Source of the DNA: Acidobacteriota bacterium | Lineage (GTDB): Bacteria > Acidobacteriota > Terriglobia > Bryobacterales > UBA6623 | Assembly: GCA_027592785.1 (NCBI GenBank) | Contig: JAQCLD010000001.1 | Coordinates: 36,477-100,476 of the forward strand | Reading direction: 5' to 3' | Length of the DNA: 64,000 nucleotides | Shown: positions 20,533 through 30,325 of the stretch, piece after piece | How positions within the stretch are numbered: the first letter of the stretch is position 1 | How the letters are laid out: every line of letters begins with the position of its first letter | Made by a program: the position numbers and the translations under genes | The notes under the pieces: generated by a model | What the model was told of the DNA's origin: nothing | The model's database searches: none | The model's input: only the letters and a program-made list of their open reading frames with translations

Positions 20533-22761
20533 ATGAAGAAGCTATTGGCTGCTAACCGGGGCGAAATCGCCATTCGTATTCTGCGTGCCGCGACGGAGTT
20601 GGGACTCCGTACGGCGACGATCTACTCGCAAGAAGACCGGCTGAGTCTGCATCGGTTTAAGGCGGACGAAGCGTACTTGGTGGGCAAGGGTAAGGGGCCG
20701 GTTGCGGCCTATCTCGACATCGACGGGATTGTTGGGTTGGCCAAGGAACATCGCGTCGACGCGATCCATCCGGGGTACGGCTTCTTGTCGGAGAACCCGG
20801 CGTTGGCGCGGGCTTGTGCGAAAGCGGGTATCCAGTTTGTGGGTCCGACGCCGGAGCTATTGGATTCGCTGGGCGACAAGCTGGAAGCGAAGAAGCTGGC
20901 GACGAAGGCGAAGGTGCGCGTCGTGCCGGGTACGGACGAGCCGATCGATGACGTGGATGAAGCGGTAAGAGTAGCGAAAGAGATCGGCTTCCCGGTGATT
21001 GTGAAGGCGGCCTTCGGCGGCGGCGGGCGCGGCATGCGCGTGGTGGAGTCGGAAGGCGACTTAGAGGACAAGATCGCCGAGGCGAGCCAAGAAGCGGCGT
21101 TGGCATTCGGCAACGGCGCGGTGTTCGTTGAGCGCTTCGTCCAGAAGGCGCGACACATCGAAGTGCAGATTTTGGCCGACGCGCATGGCGAAGTGATGCA
21201 CCTGTTTGAGCGCGACTGCTCGGTGCAGCGTCGGCATCAGAAGGTGGTGGAGATTGCGCCGGCGCCTAACTTGTCGGCGAAGACGCGCGGCGAGCTGTGC
21301 GACGCGGCGGTGAGGATCGCGGAGGCCTCCGGCTACGTGAACGCCGGGACCGTGGAATTCCTGGTGGACGCGGATAGCGAGGAGTGGTTCTTCATCGAGG
21401 TGAATCCGCGGGTGCAGGTCGAGCACACGGTGACCGAGATGGTCACGGGAATCGACATTGTGCGCGCGCAGATTTTGGTGGCGCAGGGCGTGAAGTTGCA
21501 CGAGGCGCCGTTGTCGTTGCCGAAGCAGGACGAGATCAAGACGAACGGTTTCGCGATCCAGTGCCGCATTACGACCGAAGACCCCGAAGACAACTTTGCG
21601 CCGGATTACGGAAGAATTTCGACCTACCGGTCCCCGGCAGGACTGGGCATTCGCTTGGACGGCGCGACGGCGTACTCGGGAGCGCAACTGCAGCCCTATT
21701 ACGATTCGCTGTTGGTCAAGATGACTGCCTGGGATACGACCTTGGAGAACGCTTGCAGGCGCGCTGACCGAGCGCTGCGGGAGTTTCGTATTCGCGGCGT
21801 GAAGACGAATATTCCCTTCCTGGAGAACGTGGTCAACCACAAGGTCTTCCGGGCGGGCGAGACGACGACGGGATTCTTGACGCAGCATCCCGAGTTGTTC
21901 CAGTTCAAGAAGCGCAGGGATCGCGCGACGCGATTATTGAGCTACGTGGGGCATGTGATCGTCAACGGCAACGAGACAGTCAAGGGGCGTCCGCGGCTGG
22001 AGGCGTTCGAGGAACCGGCGGCGATTCCGTTTGAGATGGGTGTGGAGCCGGCGGCGGGCACGAAGCAGATGCTCGATGAGCAGGGGCCGAAGAAGCTGGC
22101 CGAGTGGGTGAGCGCGCAGACCAAGCAGCTGATTACCGATACGACGTTTCGCGATGCGCACCAGTCGTTGATGGCGACCAGGGTGAGGACGCACGATTTG
22201 CTGTTGGCGTCCGAGGCTGTGGCGCAGCGGCTGCCGGATCTTTTCAGCTTGGAGATGTGGGGCGGCGCGACGTTCGATGCGTCGATGCGATTTTTGTACG
22301 AAGACCCTTGGATGCGGCTGCGGGAGCTGCGCGAGAAGATTCCGAACATCTGTTTTCAGATGCTGCTGCGGGCGTCGAACGCGGTGGGGTATACGAGTTA
22401 CCCGGACAACGTGGTACGCGAGTTCACGTTGGAGGCGGCCAAGCAGGGTATCGACGTTTTTCGCATTTTCGATTCGCTAAACGATGTGGATCAGATGGAA
22501 GTGGCGATGGAAGCCGTGCTCGACAGCGGGCGGATCTGCGAGCCGTCGATCTGCTACACCGGCGATGTGTTGGATCCGAAGCGCCCCAAGTACAGCTTGA
22601 ATTACTACTTGAAGTTGGCCAAGCGGCTGGAGAAGATGGGCGGGCATATCTTGGCGATCAAGGATATGGCTGGCCTGTGCAGGCCGTTTGCGGCGTACGA
22701 GTTGGTCAAGACGCTGAAGCAAGAAGTGGGAATGCCGATTCACTTCCACACGCATGATTAG
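20533..22761 (+). CDS. pyc: pyruvate carboxylase, N-terminal 742 codons (biotin carboxylase domain plus first part of the carboxyltransferase domain), ending at an internal in-frame TAG
   Basis: The sequence begins MKKLLAANRGEIAIRILRAATELG..., the biotin carboxylase ATP-grasp domain, and continues into the carboxyltransferase TIM-barrel region. It ends ...PIHFHTHD followed by TAG at 22759..22761. The track ORF starting at 20449 is over-extended. Confidence 0.85.
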   Translation: MKKLLAANRGEIAIRILRAATELGLRTATIYSQEDRLSLHRFKADEAYLVGKGKGPVAAYLDIDGIVGLAKEHRVDAIHPGYGFLSENPALARACAKAGIQFVGPTPELLDSLGDKLEAKKLATKAKVRVVPGTDEPIDDVDEAVRVAKEIGFPVIVKAAFGGGGRGMRVVESEGDLEDKIAEASQEAALAFGNGAVFVERFVQKARHIEVQILADAHGEVMHLFERDCSVQRRHQKVVEIAPAPNLSAKTRGELCDAAVRIAEASGYVNAGTVEFLVDADSEEWFFIEVNPRVQVEHTVTEMVTGIDIVRAQILVAQGVKLHEAPLSLPKQDEIKTNGFAIQCRITTEDPEDNFAPDYGRISTYRSPAGLGIRLDGATAYSGAQLQPYYDSLLVKMTAWDTTLENACRRADRALREFRIRGVKTNIPFLENVVNHKVFRAGETTTGFLTQHPELFQFKKRRDRATRLLSYVGHVIVNGNETVKGRPRLEAFEEPAAIPFEMGVEPAAGTKQMLDEQGPKKLAEWVSAQTKQLITDTTFRDAHQSLMATRVRTHDLLLASEAVAQRLPDLFSLEMWGGATFDASMRFLYEDPWMRLRELREKIPNICFQMLLRASNAVGYTSYPDNVVREFTLEAAKQGIDVFRIFDSLNDVDQMEVAMEAVLDSGRICEPSICYTGDVLDPKRPKYSLNYYLKLAKRLEKMGGHILAIKDMAGLCRPFAAYELVKTLKQEVGMPIHFHTHD

Positions 22762-23973
22762 AGCGGGTTGAACGCTGCGGCGTTGTTGAAGGCGTCCGAG
22801 GCGGGCGTGGATATCATCGACGGCGCGGCGGCTTCGATGAGCGGTTCGACGAGTCAGCCGAATCTGAATTCTATTGCGGCGTCATTGAAGAATACGGATC
22901 GCGATACGGGGTTGGACGAGCAGGCGTTGAGTGACCACTCGCTGTATTGGGAGACGGTGCGGACGTACTACTTGCCGTTTGACAATGCGCCGCGGCACGG
23001 CTCCGCGGATATCTACATGCATGAGATTCCGGGCGGGCAGTTTACGAACTTGCAGCAACAGGCGGCGGCGATGGGCTTGGGGCAACGCTGGCGTGAAGTG
23101 GAGAGGATGTACGCGGACGTGAATCAGTTGTTCGGGGACATCGTGAAGGTGACTCCGTCGAGTAAGGTTGTCGGCGACATGGCGCTGTATTTGTTGAGTA
23201 AGGGAATGACTTGCGAAGAGGTCGCCGCGCTGCCCCTAGACCATAGCGTGGCTTTCCCGGACTCGGTGTCGGACATGATGGCCGGGTCGTTGGGAGTACC
23301 TCCGGACGGTTGGCCTGAAAGCGTGCAGAAGATTATTCTGCGCGGAGCGAAGCCGATCGAAGGACGTGCAGGCGCTAAGTTGCCGCCGGCGGACTTCGAA
23401 TCGCTGAAAGCGGAGTTGGCGCTGATCTTGCATCGCGAGCCGCGGTGGGACGAGACGTTGAGTTATGTTTTGTATCCGCAAGTGTTCAAGGATTACGCGG
23501 CGAAGAGGCTGGCTTATTCGGACGTGAGCGTGCTGCCGACGCCGGTGTTTTTCTTTGGCATGCAGACCGGCGAGGAATGGGCGATTGATCTAGAAGAAGG
23601 CAAGACGCTGGTAGTGAAGTTCTTGACGGCCGGCGATCCGCACAAGGATGGCACCCGGACGATCTTCTTTGAGCTGAACGGGCAGCCGCGCGAAGTGCGC
23701 GTGCGGGATGAGTCGCTGAAGAGTGAAGAGAAGATGCGTCCCAAGGCGCAGGCGAACGTGGCGGGCCATGTCGGCGCGCCGACGCCGGGCCTGGTGACGG
23801 GCTTGTTTATCGAAGCGGGGGCCGAGGTGAAGCGCAACGGCAAGTTGCTGACCTTGGAAGCAATGAAGATGCAGTCGACAATCTACGCACCGCTGGACGG
23901 CAAGGTCGTCGAGGTGTTGGTGGGGCCAGGCGAGCAGGTGGATGCGAAGGATCTGCTTGTGGTGATTGAGTAG
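22762..23973 (+). CDS. pyc: pyruvate carboxylase, C-terminal 403 codons (rest of the carboxyltransferase domain, tetramerisation region, biotinyl domain), same frame as the upstream fragment
   Basis: The frame continues directly after the TAG: SGLNAAALLKASEAGVDIIDGAAASMSGSTSQP... It runs to the biotinylation motif LTLEAMKMQS. The first possible independent start is TTG at 22768, with no obvious RBS. Confidence 0.8.
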   Translation, partial: SGLNAAALLKASEAGVDIIDGAAASMSGSTSQPNLNSIAASLKNTDRDTGLDEQALSDHSLYWETVRTYYLPFDNAPRHGSADIYMHEIPGGQFTNLQQQAAAMGLGQRWREVERMYADVNQLFGDIVKVTPSSKVVGDMALYLLSKGMTCEEVAALPLDHSVAFPDSVSDMMAGSLGVPPDGWPESVQKIILRGAKPIEGRAGAKLPPADFESLKAELALILHREPRWDETLSYVLYPQVFKDYAAKRLAYSDVSVLPTPVFFFGMQTGEEWAIDLEEGKTLVVKFLTAGDPHKDGTRTIFFELNGQPREVRVRDESLKSEEKMRPKAQANVAGHVGAPTPGLVTGLFIEAGAEVKRNGKLLTLEAMKMQSTIYAPLDGKVVEVLVGPGEQVDAKDLLVVIE

Positions 23974-23977
23974 CGAG

Positions 23978-25786
23978 CTAGTCGAGGCGGCGGCCGCGTT
24001 CTTGGCTTTGGTATTGGAGCTGGTAGAGCTTCCAGTAGAGTCCCTTGTGAGCGATGAGTTCGGCGTGGGTACCGATCTCGCGCAGTTTACCTTTGTGCAT
24101 CACCAGGATGCGCGAGGCGCGCTTGATTGTCGAAAGACGATGGGCGATGACGATCGAGGTGTGCTTGTCGACGAGCTGTGTGAGCGCGTCGCGGATGAGC
24201 AGTTCGGTGGATGAGTCGACGCTGGAGGTCGCTTCGTCGAGGATGAGGAATGGCGAGTTGCGGGCCAGGGCGCGGGCGAAGCTGAGGAGCTGTTTTTGGC
24301 CTGTCGACAAGGAGGACCCACGCTCGCCGATGACGGTCTGGAAGCCCTGGGGAAGAGCCTCGATGAAGTTGAGCAGTTGAACGCGCCCGGCCGCTTCGCG
24401 CGCCTGATCGAGCGTGACGTCGTCGCCCAGGCGGATGTTCTGCTCGATGGTTCCGCTGAACAGATGCGGGTCTTGGAGTACGACGCCGAACCGCTTGCGG
24501 AGGGCATCGCGACGCCACTCGCGAATGTCTTTGCCGCCGACGAGGATGCGGCCTCTTTGGGGCTCGTAGAAGCGCAACAAGAGGCTAATGAGCGTAGTCT
24601 TGCCCGCTCCGGTGTGGCCGACGACGGCCATCATCTCGTAAGGCTCCACGCGGAAGCTGACGTCTTCGAGCACCCAGTCATCGTCGTTGTAGGCGAACCA
24701 AATGTGCTCAAACTCGATGTCAGCGTTGCCCAGCGGTTCGGCGGCAGCTTGAGATAGCGGCGCTTCATCGACCGGTTCGTCGAGCAGCGAGAAGATTCGC
24801 TCTGAACTCGCCAGCGCAGACTGCAAGACGTTGAACTTTTCGCTGAGATCTTGGATGGGCCGAAAGATTCGCGAGCCAAATTGTAGGAAGGCGACTAAAA
24901 CGCCCAGGGATAGCGACCCTTCATCCGATAACCAGCCGCCTCCGACAAACAACAAGACGACGGCGACGGCGCCGGTCAATTCCACAGCGGGAAAGAAAAT
25001 CGAGTGGGCGCGCGCGGCGCCGAGTTCAGCGCTCAAGTGGTCTTGCTTTACAATCTCGAATTCTTCAAGGCTGCGCTGCTCGTCGCCGAACAGCTGGATG
25101 ACGGTAATTCCCGAAAGGCGTTCTTGCAAGAAGGCGTTGATGTTGGCGACCGCGCCGCGGACCTTGCGGAGGTTGGCGCGCACACGGCTGCGGAAGAGCC
25201 AGGTGACCAAGAAGATGATAGGCCCCATGGTCAGCAGAATCAGGGTCAGCTTGACGCTGAGATAGAGCATGGCCGCGAAGATGAAGGCCAAGGTGACGAC
25301 ATCTCCTGCGATGGCGGCGATGCCGGAGGTAAACAGTTCATTGAGAGAGTCGACATCGCTGGTGACGCGGGTCACGAGCCGGCCTACGGGATTGGAATCG
25401 AAATAGCTGACCCGCTTGGCCTGTAGGCGCTGAAACGTCTCGTTGCGGATGTCGAACATCACGTCTTGGCCGGTGCGGTTCATGATCTGGATCTGACTGG
25501 CTCGCAGGACGTAATTGAGTGCGAGGATGATGGCGTAAACGGCGACGAGTGCTCCTAGAGCTTCAGCACGGTCGGTCGGAATCCAGGCGTCCAGCCAAGA
25601 CTGGCCCAGCACTGTGGGGCGTAGGCTTCGATCCACGGCAATTTTGGTCAGCAAGGGACCCACGACTCCCAGCAGGGAATGGAGCAAAAGGAGCACGACG
25701 GCAGTGATCGCCGATTTGCGATAGGGCCGCAGGTAGCCGAGCAAGCGGCGCACTAGCGCGGAGTCATTGCGCGAGGAGCTATTCAT
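23978..25786 (-). CDS. ABC exporter, fused permease/ATPase subunit (canonical catalytic Glu, deviant LSTGQ signature)
   Basis: 602 aa with an N-terminal 6-TM domain. Walker A is GHTGAGKTT, the signature is LSTGQKQLL, and Walker B is FLILDEATS. It overlaps the upstream ABC gene by 8 nt. Confidence 0.9.
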   Translation of the reverse strand: MNSSSRNDSALVRRLLGYLRPYRKSAITAVVLLLLHSLLGVVGPLLTKIAVDRSLRPTVLGQSWLDAWIPTDRAEALGALVAVYAIILALNYVLRASQIQIMNRTGQDVMFDIRNETFQRLQAKRVSYFDSNPVGRLVTRVTSDVDSLNELFTSGIAAIAGDVVTLAFIFAAMLYLSVKLTLILLTMGPIIFLVTWLFRSRVRANLRKVRGAVANINAFLQERLSGITVIQLFGDEQRSLEEFEIVKQDHLSAELGAARAHSIFFPAVELTGAVAVVLLFVGGGWLSDEGSLSLGVLVAFLQFGSRIFRPIQDLSEKFNVLQSALASSERIFSLLDEPVDEAPLSQAAAEPLGNADIEFEHIWFAYNDDDWVLEDVSFRVEPYEMMAVVGHTGAGKTTLISLLLRFYEPQRGRILVGGKDIREWRRDALRKRFGVVLQDPHLFSGTIEQNIRLGDDVTLDQAREAAGRVQLLNFIEALPQGFQTVIGERGSSLSTGQKQLLSFARALARNSPFLILDEATSSVDSSTELLIRDALTQLVDKHTSIVIAHRLSTIKRASRILVMHKGKLREIGTHAELIAHKGLYWKLYQLQYQSQERGRRLD

Positions 25787-27530
25787 CGCGACTGAGCTCC
25801 TCCTCTAAGAGTTGCTTGCGATAAAGATCCGCGTAGACTCCATTCGCAGCAAGGAGGTCATCGTGCGAGCCGTACTCGACGATGCTCCCTTCTTCGAGTA
25901 CGGCGATCTGGTCGGCGTAGCTGATGGCCGAGAGCCGATGCGAGGCGACGATTGTCGTCCGATTGCGCATGAACAAACGCAGTCGTTCGAGGATGGCTGC
26001 TTCGGCGCCTGCATCGACACTCGAAAGAGCGTCGTCGAGCAGCAGGATTCGCGGATCGCGCAGCAGGGCCCGAGCCAGGCATAGACGTTGCTGCTGTCCG
26101 CCTGACAAGGTCATTCCGCGCTCGCCGACCAAGGTGTCGAGACCATGGGGGAAGGCTTGTATCTCGTCCCAGACTTGGGCGATGGAAGCGGCTTCCTCTA
26201 GCCGCCAGTCCTCCGCCGTGGGTGCAGCTAAGCGAAGATTCTGGCGGATGGAGCGATTGAATAGGAAGCTACCCTGGGGCACGTAACCGATGGAAGACCG
26301 CAAGACGTTGAGGGGTATTCGACGCACGTCGATGTTGTCGACGGAGACGACCCCCGACGAGGCGTCGAGCAGGCGCGGGAGCAGGTCCAATAGAGTGCTC
26401 TTGCCGCAGCCGACGGAGCCGACGACGGCCAGGGTTTGGCCGGCGCGAATGGCTAGACTGACCCCGTCCAATGCCGGGCGAGAGGCGCCGGGGTAGAACA
26501 CGGAGACGCTTTCAAAGCTGACGTCCCCGCGGAGGCTCATGATAGACGAATCGGGAGTGGGAGTATTCGGCAGGCTTAGCGGGTAGCTCATCAGCTCGTG
26601 AATGCGGCCCAGCGCGGAGGAGCCGCGTTGAGCCAGGTTGACGACCCAGCCGAGGCCAATCATCGGCCAGGTTAGGATCGCCATATAGCTCAGGAACATG
26701 GCGAACGAGCCGATGGTCATCGCGCCCTGCATGGTTCTCCAGCCGCCGTAGCCGAGAATCGCCATGAACGTGAGTCCGACCAGGAGTTCCAACTGGGGAT
26801 AAAAGCGCCGCCAGATGCGGACCAGTTCTAGGTTCTCGCTACGGTAAACCTGATTGAGTGCGCGGAACCGTTCCGCCTCAGCGGAAGATTGGCCATACGC
26901 TCGAATTACGCGTACGTTGTTTAGGTTTTCTTGAGTGAGGGAAGCGATATCGGACAGCGACTCTTGAACCTTTCTAAAGCGCTCGTGAACCTGTCGGCCG
27001 AAGTAGGCGACGGTGATGGAAACCAGCGGGATAGGCAAGAAGACCACGCAGGTCAAGCGCCAGTCGGTGGCGGCCATGACGGTGAGGACGATGACGAAAG
27101 TCAACAGGATGTCCACCGCCTGCATGAGGCCTTGGCCGATCATCGCCTTCACGGCCGACAAGTCGTTGACAGCCCGGGACATGATGTCGCCGGTTGGGTA
27201 AGAACGGTAGAACCTTTGCGGCAGATAGAGCAGATGACCGACGAGGTCGGCGGACACTTCGGACTCGATGCGTCGCGCATTGCGGGCGATGATCCAGCGC
27301 ATCCAGAACTGGAAAAAAGCCTTGGCTGCGGCAACTGCCAAGAGGGCGCCGGCGATGGGCCACAGGGCGGAAGCGGGTTGCTGGGCGGCCAGGGTATCCA
27401 CCGCTTGCTTGATGAACAGGGGAAAGGCTGCGGCAAAAATGCTCTTTAAAAACAGCGCGACGAACCCGGCCGCGTAGGACCAGCGATAACGAAGCAGGTA
27501 GGGTACAAGAGCCCGAAGATTGCGCAGCAT
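25779..27530 (-). CDS. ABC exporter, fused permease/ATPase subunit (Asp in place of the catalytic Glu)
   Basis: 583 aa. Walker A is GSVGCGKST, the signature is LSGGQQQRL, and Walker B is ILLLDDALS. Confidence 0.9.
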   Translation of the reverse strand: MLRNLRALVPYLLRYRWSYAAGFVALFLKSIFAAAFPLFIKQAVDTLAAQQPASALWPIAGALLAVAAAKAFFQFWMRWIIARNARRIESEVSADLVGHLLYLPQRFYRSYPTGDIMSRAVNDLSAVKAMIGQGLMQAVDILLTFVIVLTVMAATDWRLTCVVFLPIPLVSITVAYFGRQVHERFRKVQESLSDIASLTQENLNNVRVIRAYGQSSAEAERFRALNQVYRSENLELVRIWRRFYPQLELLVGLTFMAILGYGGWRTMQGAMTIGSFAMFLSYMAILTWPMIGLGWVVNLAQRGSSALGRIHELMSYPLSLPNTPTPDSSIMSLRGDVSFESVSVFYPGASRPALDGVSLAIRAGQTLAVVGSVGCGKSTLLDLLPRLLDASSGVVSVDNIDVRRIPLNVLRSSIGYVPQGSFLFNRSIRQNLRLAAPTAEDWRLEEAASIAQVWDEIQAFPHGLDTLVGERGMTLSGGQQQRLCLARALLRDPRILLLDDALSSVDAGAEAAILERLRLFMRNRTTIVASHRLSAISYADQIAVLEEGSIVEYGSHDDLLAANGVYADLYRKQLLEEELSRDE

Positions 27531-28126
27531 TAGTCGGGCTGCTCCAACCAGGAGTTGAGCGTCTTAATCCACTCGATGACCACGATTTCCCTGCCGGGGC
27601 GGCTTCGCCACCAAGAGTTGGGATCGAAACCCGGGGTAGGACTGGCTGCAAAGGAATAGCGGACGTCTCCGGAGGTCGATTTGTGGAAGATGCGTCCCGC
27701 CCGCGCCGTGTGGAAGTCGGAGGTCACGATGATGGCGTGCGCGACGTCCCGAGAACGGAGCTCCTGGTCGAGGATCCGCGATTCGTCCTGGGTGGAGTCG
27801 GCGTCCATGCAGAAGGCCTCGATAGCCTCGGGATCGCCGCCGCGGGCGACGGCGTAGGCGCGTCCTAGGTCGCATTCGCGAGCCTCATAGAGTGAGAAGG
27901 AACCGTTCACAAGCATGCGCGGAGCGATACCAGCCTGGAGTAAACGCAATCCCTCCTGGACGCGGCGTCCTGAACCGTCGCCGGCGAGGACGACGATAAG
28001 ATCCGCAGAATCTATAGGATCGGTTCGGATCAAGAACTTCGCGGGCTCGGGCGCCCAGAAGTCGAAGGACACGTAAACGACGCCGGCGATCAGCACTGCG
28101 GCCGTGATGATGCGTAACGCTCGCAT
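27530..28126 (-). CDS. DUF218 (YdcF/ElyC/SanA-like) protein with N-terminal membrane anchor
   Basis: 198 aa. It has an N-terminal TM helix, then DLIVVLAGDGSGRRVQEG...IIVTSDFHTARA, typical of DUF218. Its TAA shares 1 nt with the ATG of the downstream ABC gene. Confidence 0.8.
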   Translation of the reverse strand: MRALRIITAAVLIAGVVYVSFDFWAPEPAKFLIRTDPIDSADLIVVLAGDGSGRRVQEGLRLLQAGIAPRMLVNGSFSLYEARECDLGRAYAVARGGDPEAIEAFCMDADSTQDESRILDQELRSRDVAHAIIVTSDFHTARAGRIFHKSTSGDVRYSFAASPTPGFDPNSWWRSRPGREIVVIEWIKTLNSWLEQPD

Positions 28127-28257
28127 GTCGGCTGGGCCGCTTGCCGCCTAGAGGACGTGACTCCTATATTACCCGAGCCTCGGGGCTGAACCCTCGGCGA
28201 AGCGCCGGGTGCATCCGTTATCCTTGAGAGTTCTCGGTAGGGCTGCGCGCCGTTTCG

Positions 28258-29628
28258 ATGGAAGAACTCCCAGTTACCGTCCGCCTTGCCGTCCTATTCT
28301 TCCTGTTGGCTGTGAATAGCTTCTTCGCGGCTGCGGAGGTAGCTCTCGTTTCGGTTCGACGGACGCGCATGCGTCAGTTGGCGGATGCGGGGAACGCGAA
28401 GGCGTTATTAGTCTTGCACCTGCTGGAGGCTCCCGATCGGATGCTTTCGGCCACGCAGCTGGGCGTGACGTTGGCCAGTCTAGGCCTTGGTTGGGCCGGC
28501 GAAGGAACGGTCTATCGCTTGACTCAGCCGTTGCTGGAGCGCGTGTTGTCTCCCGGAATGGAGCAGGTCGGGCACGCGATTAGCTTCGTCTTCTCGTTTA
28601 CTGTCATTACTTTCTTGCACATGGTGCTGGGTGAGGTGGTTCCCAAGAATTTGGCGATGGAGAGGTCGGAACGACTGGCTCTGGCGGTGGCGACGCCGCT
28701 GGACTACTTTGCGAGAGTTACCGGTCTGTTCGTTTCGGCGGTGCGGGGGACGGCGGAGAAGCTCTCCCGGCTGATCGGATTGAAGCTGGCCACCGGCGAA
28801 GAAGGATTTACGGCGGAAGAGTTGAAGCTGATTGTCAGCGTCAGCAAGAAACAAGGCGAACAAGCCGAGCGGCAGGAGGAGATGATCCACCGGGTCATCG
28901 ATTTCTACGATCTCACGGCGCGGGAAGTGATGGTTCCGAGGCAAGAGATGGTTGCGCTGCCGTCGGATGCGGGTCCGGACCAGGTGATCGATACGATCGT
29001 GCGCACCCGGCACTCGCGGATACCCATCTACGAAGAATCTGTCGACAACGTGATCGGCGTGATCTACGCGAAGGCAGTTTGGACGTTCGTGCAGAAGATT
29101 CGCAGGTGGCAGGCTTTGACGCGGCCCGCACCGACGTTCAATCTGCGCTCCTTCTTGCAGCCGGTTGAGTTCGTCCCAGAGACGAAGCTGCTGCATGAAC
29201 TACTGAATGAGTTTCAAGAAAAACGATTCCAGATGGCCATGATCGTAGATGAGTTCGGGACGGTGGTCGGTTTGGCGACGATCGAGGATGCCTTAGAGCA
29301 GATTGTCGGCGAGATCCGTGAAGAGCATGAACCAGCCGTGGCGCTGCAGGCGCTTGACGGGCCGTTGGAGTTTGATGGCATCACCAATATTCGAGACCTT
29401 GAGACACAATACAAGATCGAGTTGCCGTACGATGCAGGCTTTGAAACGTTGGCCGGATTTCTGCTGAGCCGACTGGGGCACATCCCGACGGCGGGTGAAT
29501 CGGTGGAGTTCGAAGGGCGCAAGTTCACCGTTTTGCAGATGGAGCGGAACCGCATTTTTCGAGTGCGCATCGATCTGCCGCAGGCGCCGGAGACCCAAGA
29601 GCCGGAGAAGGGCGCGGAGGACGCCTGA
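28258..29628 (+). CDS. hemolysin-family / CNNM protein (DUF21 TM domain, CBS pair, CorC_HlyC)
   Basis: 456 aa with an N-terminal 4-TM DUF21 domain (FFAAAEVALVSV). A CBS-pair region (VMVPRQEMV...IPIYE) and a C-terminal CorC/HlyC domain follow. Confidence 0.85.
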   Translation: MEELPVTVRLAVLFFLLAVNSFFAAAEVALVSVRRTRMRQLADAGNAKALLVLHLLEAPDRMLSATQLGVTLASLGLGWAGEGTVYRLTQPLLERVLSPGMEQVGHAISFVFSFTVITFLHMVLGEVVPKNLAMERSERLALAVATPLDYFARVTGLFVSAVRGTAEKLSRLIGLKLATGEEGFTAEELKLIVSVSKKQGEQAERQEEMIHRVIDFYDLTAREVMVPRQEMVALPSDAGPDQVIDTIVRTRHSRIPIYEESVDNVIGVIYAKAVWTFVQKIRRWQALTRPAPTFNLRSFLQPVEFVPETKLLHELLNEFQEKRFQMAMIVDEFGTVVGLATIEDALEQIVGEIREEHEPAVALQALDGPLEFDGITNIRDLETQYKIELPYDAGFETLAGFLLSRLGHIPTAGESVEFEGRKFTVLQMERNRIFRVRIDLPQAPETQEPEKGAEDA

Positions 29629-29641
29629 GCGTCTTATTGTT

Positions 29642-30325
29642 ATGTGGCACAAGTGGCGAATTACGGTTATCATTCCCTGTCTGAACGAGGAACAGGGCGT
29701 CGATCAAGTGCTGCGGCGGATGCCGGAGTACGTCGATGAAGTCATCGTTGTGGACAACGGTTCGACCGACCGCACGGCCGACGTGGCGGCGTCGTACGGC
29801 GCTAAGGTCGTGCGCGAGGACGTTCGCGGCTACGGGCGGGCCTACAAGAGGGGCTTCGCGGAGGCGACCGGCGACGTGATCATCACGCTAGACGGCGATC
29901 ACTCATATCCAGTCGACGCGCTGTCGTATCTGTTGAGCGCGTTTGAGCATTTGAATGTTGACTTCTTGAATGCGTCGCGCTTCCCGGTGCGCGACCGGAA
30001 CTCAATGAGCTTCAAGCACAAGCTTGGGAACTGGGTGCTGTCGCTGACGACGTCGATTCTGTTTCTGCGTTGGGTGCGTGATTCGCAGTCGGGGATGTGG
30101 GTGTTCAAGCGGTCGATGCTCGAGAGGATTCGCCTGGACTCTGACGGGATGCCGTTTTCCGAAGAGATCAAGGTGGAGGCAATTAAGCATCCCCAGCTGA
30201 GTTTCGATGAGATTCCGGTGATGTATTCATCGCGGCTGGGAGAGATCAAGCTGCAGCCCTATCGCGACGGCATTCGCAATTTGGCGTTCTTGTTTCGCAA
30301 GCGATTTCAACTATCGAGGCGCTAG
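29642..30325 (+). CDS. family 2 glycosyltransferase (polyprenol-phosphate glycosyltransferase-like)
   Basis: Start chosen at MWHKWRITVIIPCLNEEQGV. Motifs are VVDNGSTDRTA and ITLDGDHSY (DxD-like). The track ORF from 29495 is an extension into the upstream gene. Confidence 0.85.
   Translation: MWHKWRITVIIPCLNEEQGVDQVLRRMPEYVDEVIVVDNGSTDRTADVAASYGAKVVREDVRGYGRAYKRGFAEATGDVIITLDGDHSYPVDALSYLLSAFEHLNVDFLNASRFPVRDRNSMSFKHKLGNWVLSLTTSILFLRWVRDSQSGMWVFKRSMLERIRLDSDGMPFSEEIKVEAIKHPQLSFDEIPVMYSSRLGEIKLQPYRDGIRNLAFLFRKRFQLSRR

Noticed and set aside
20533-23973. Reading the two pyc ORFs as a natural two-subunit (PycA/PycB-type) pyruvate carboxylase.
   Set aside because: Natural split enzymes divide between the biotin carboxylase and carboxyltransferase domains. 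Here the break is one codon inside the carboxyltransferase HxHDTSG motif, both pieces are in the same frame, and the second piece lacks a proper start or RBS.
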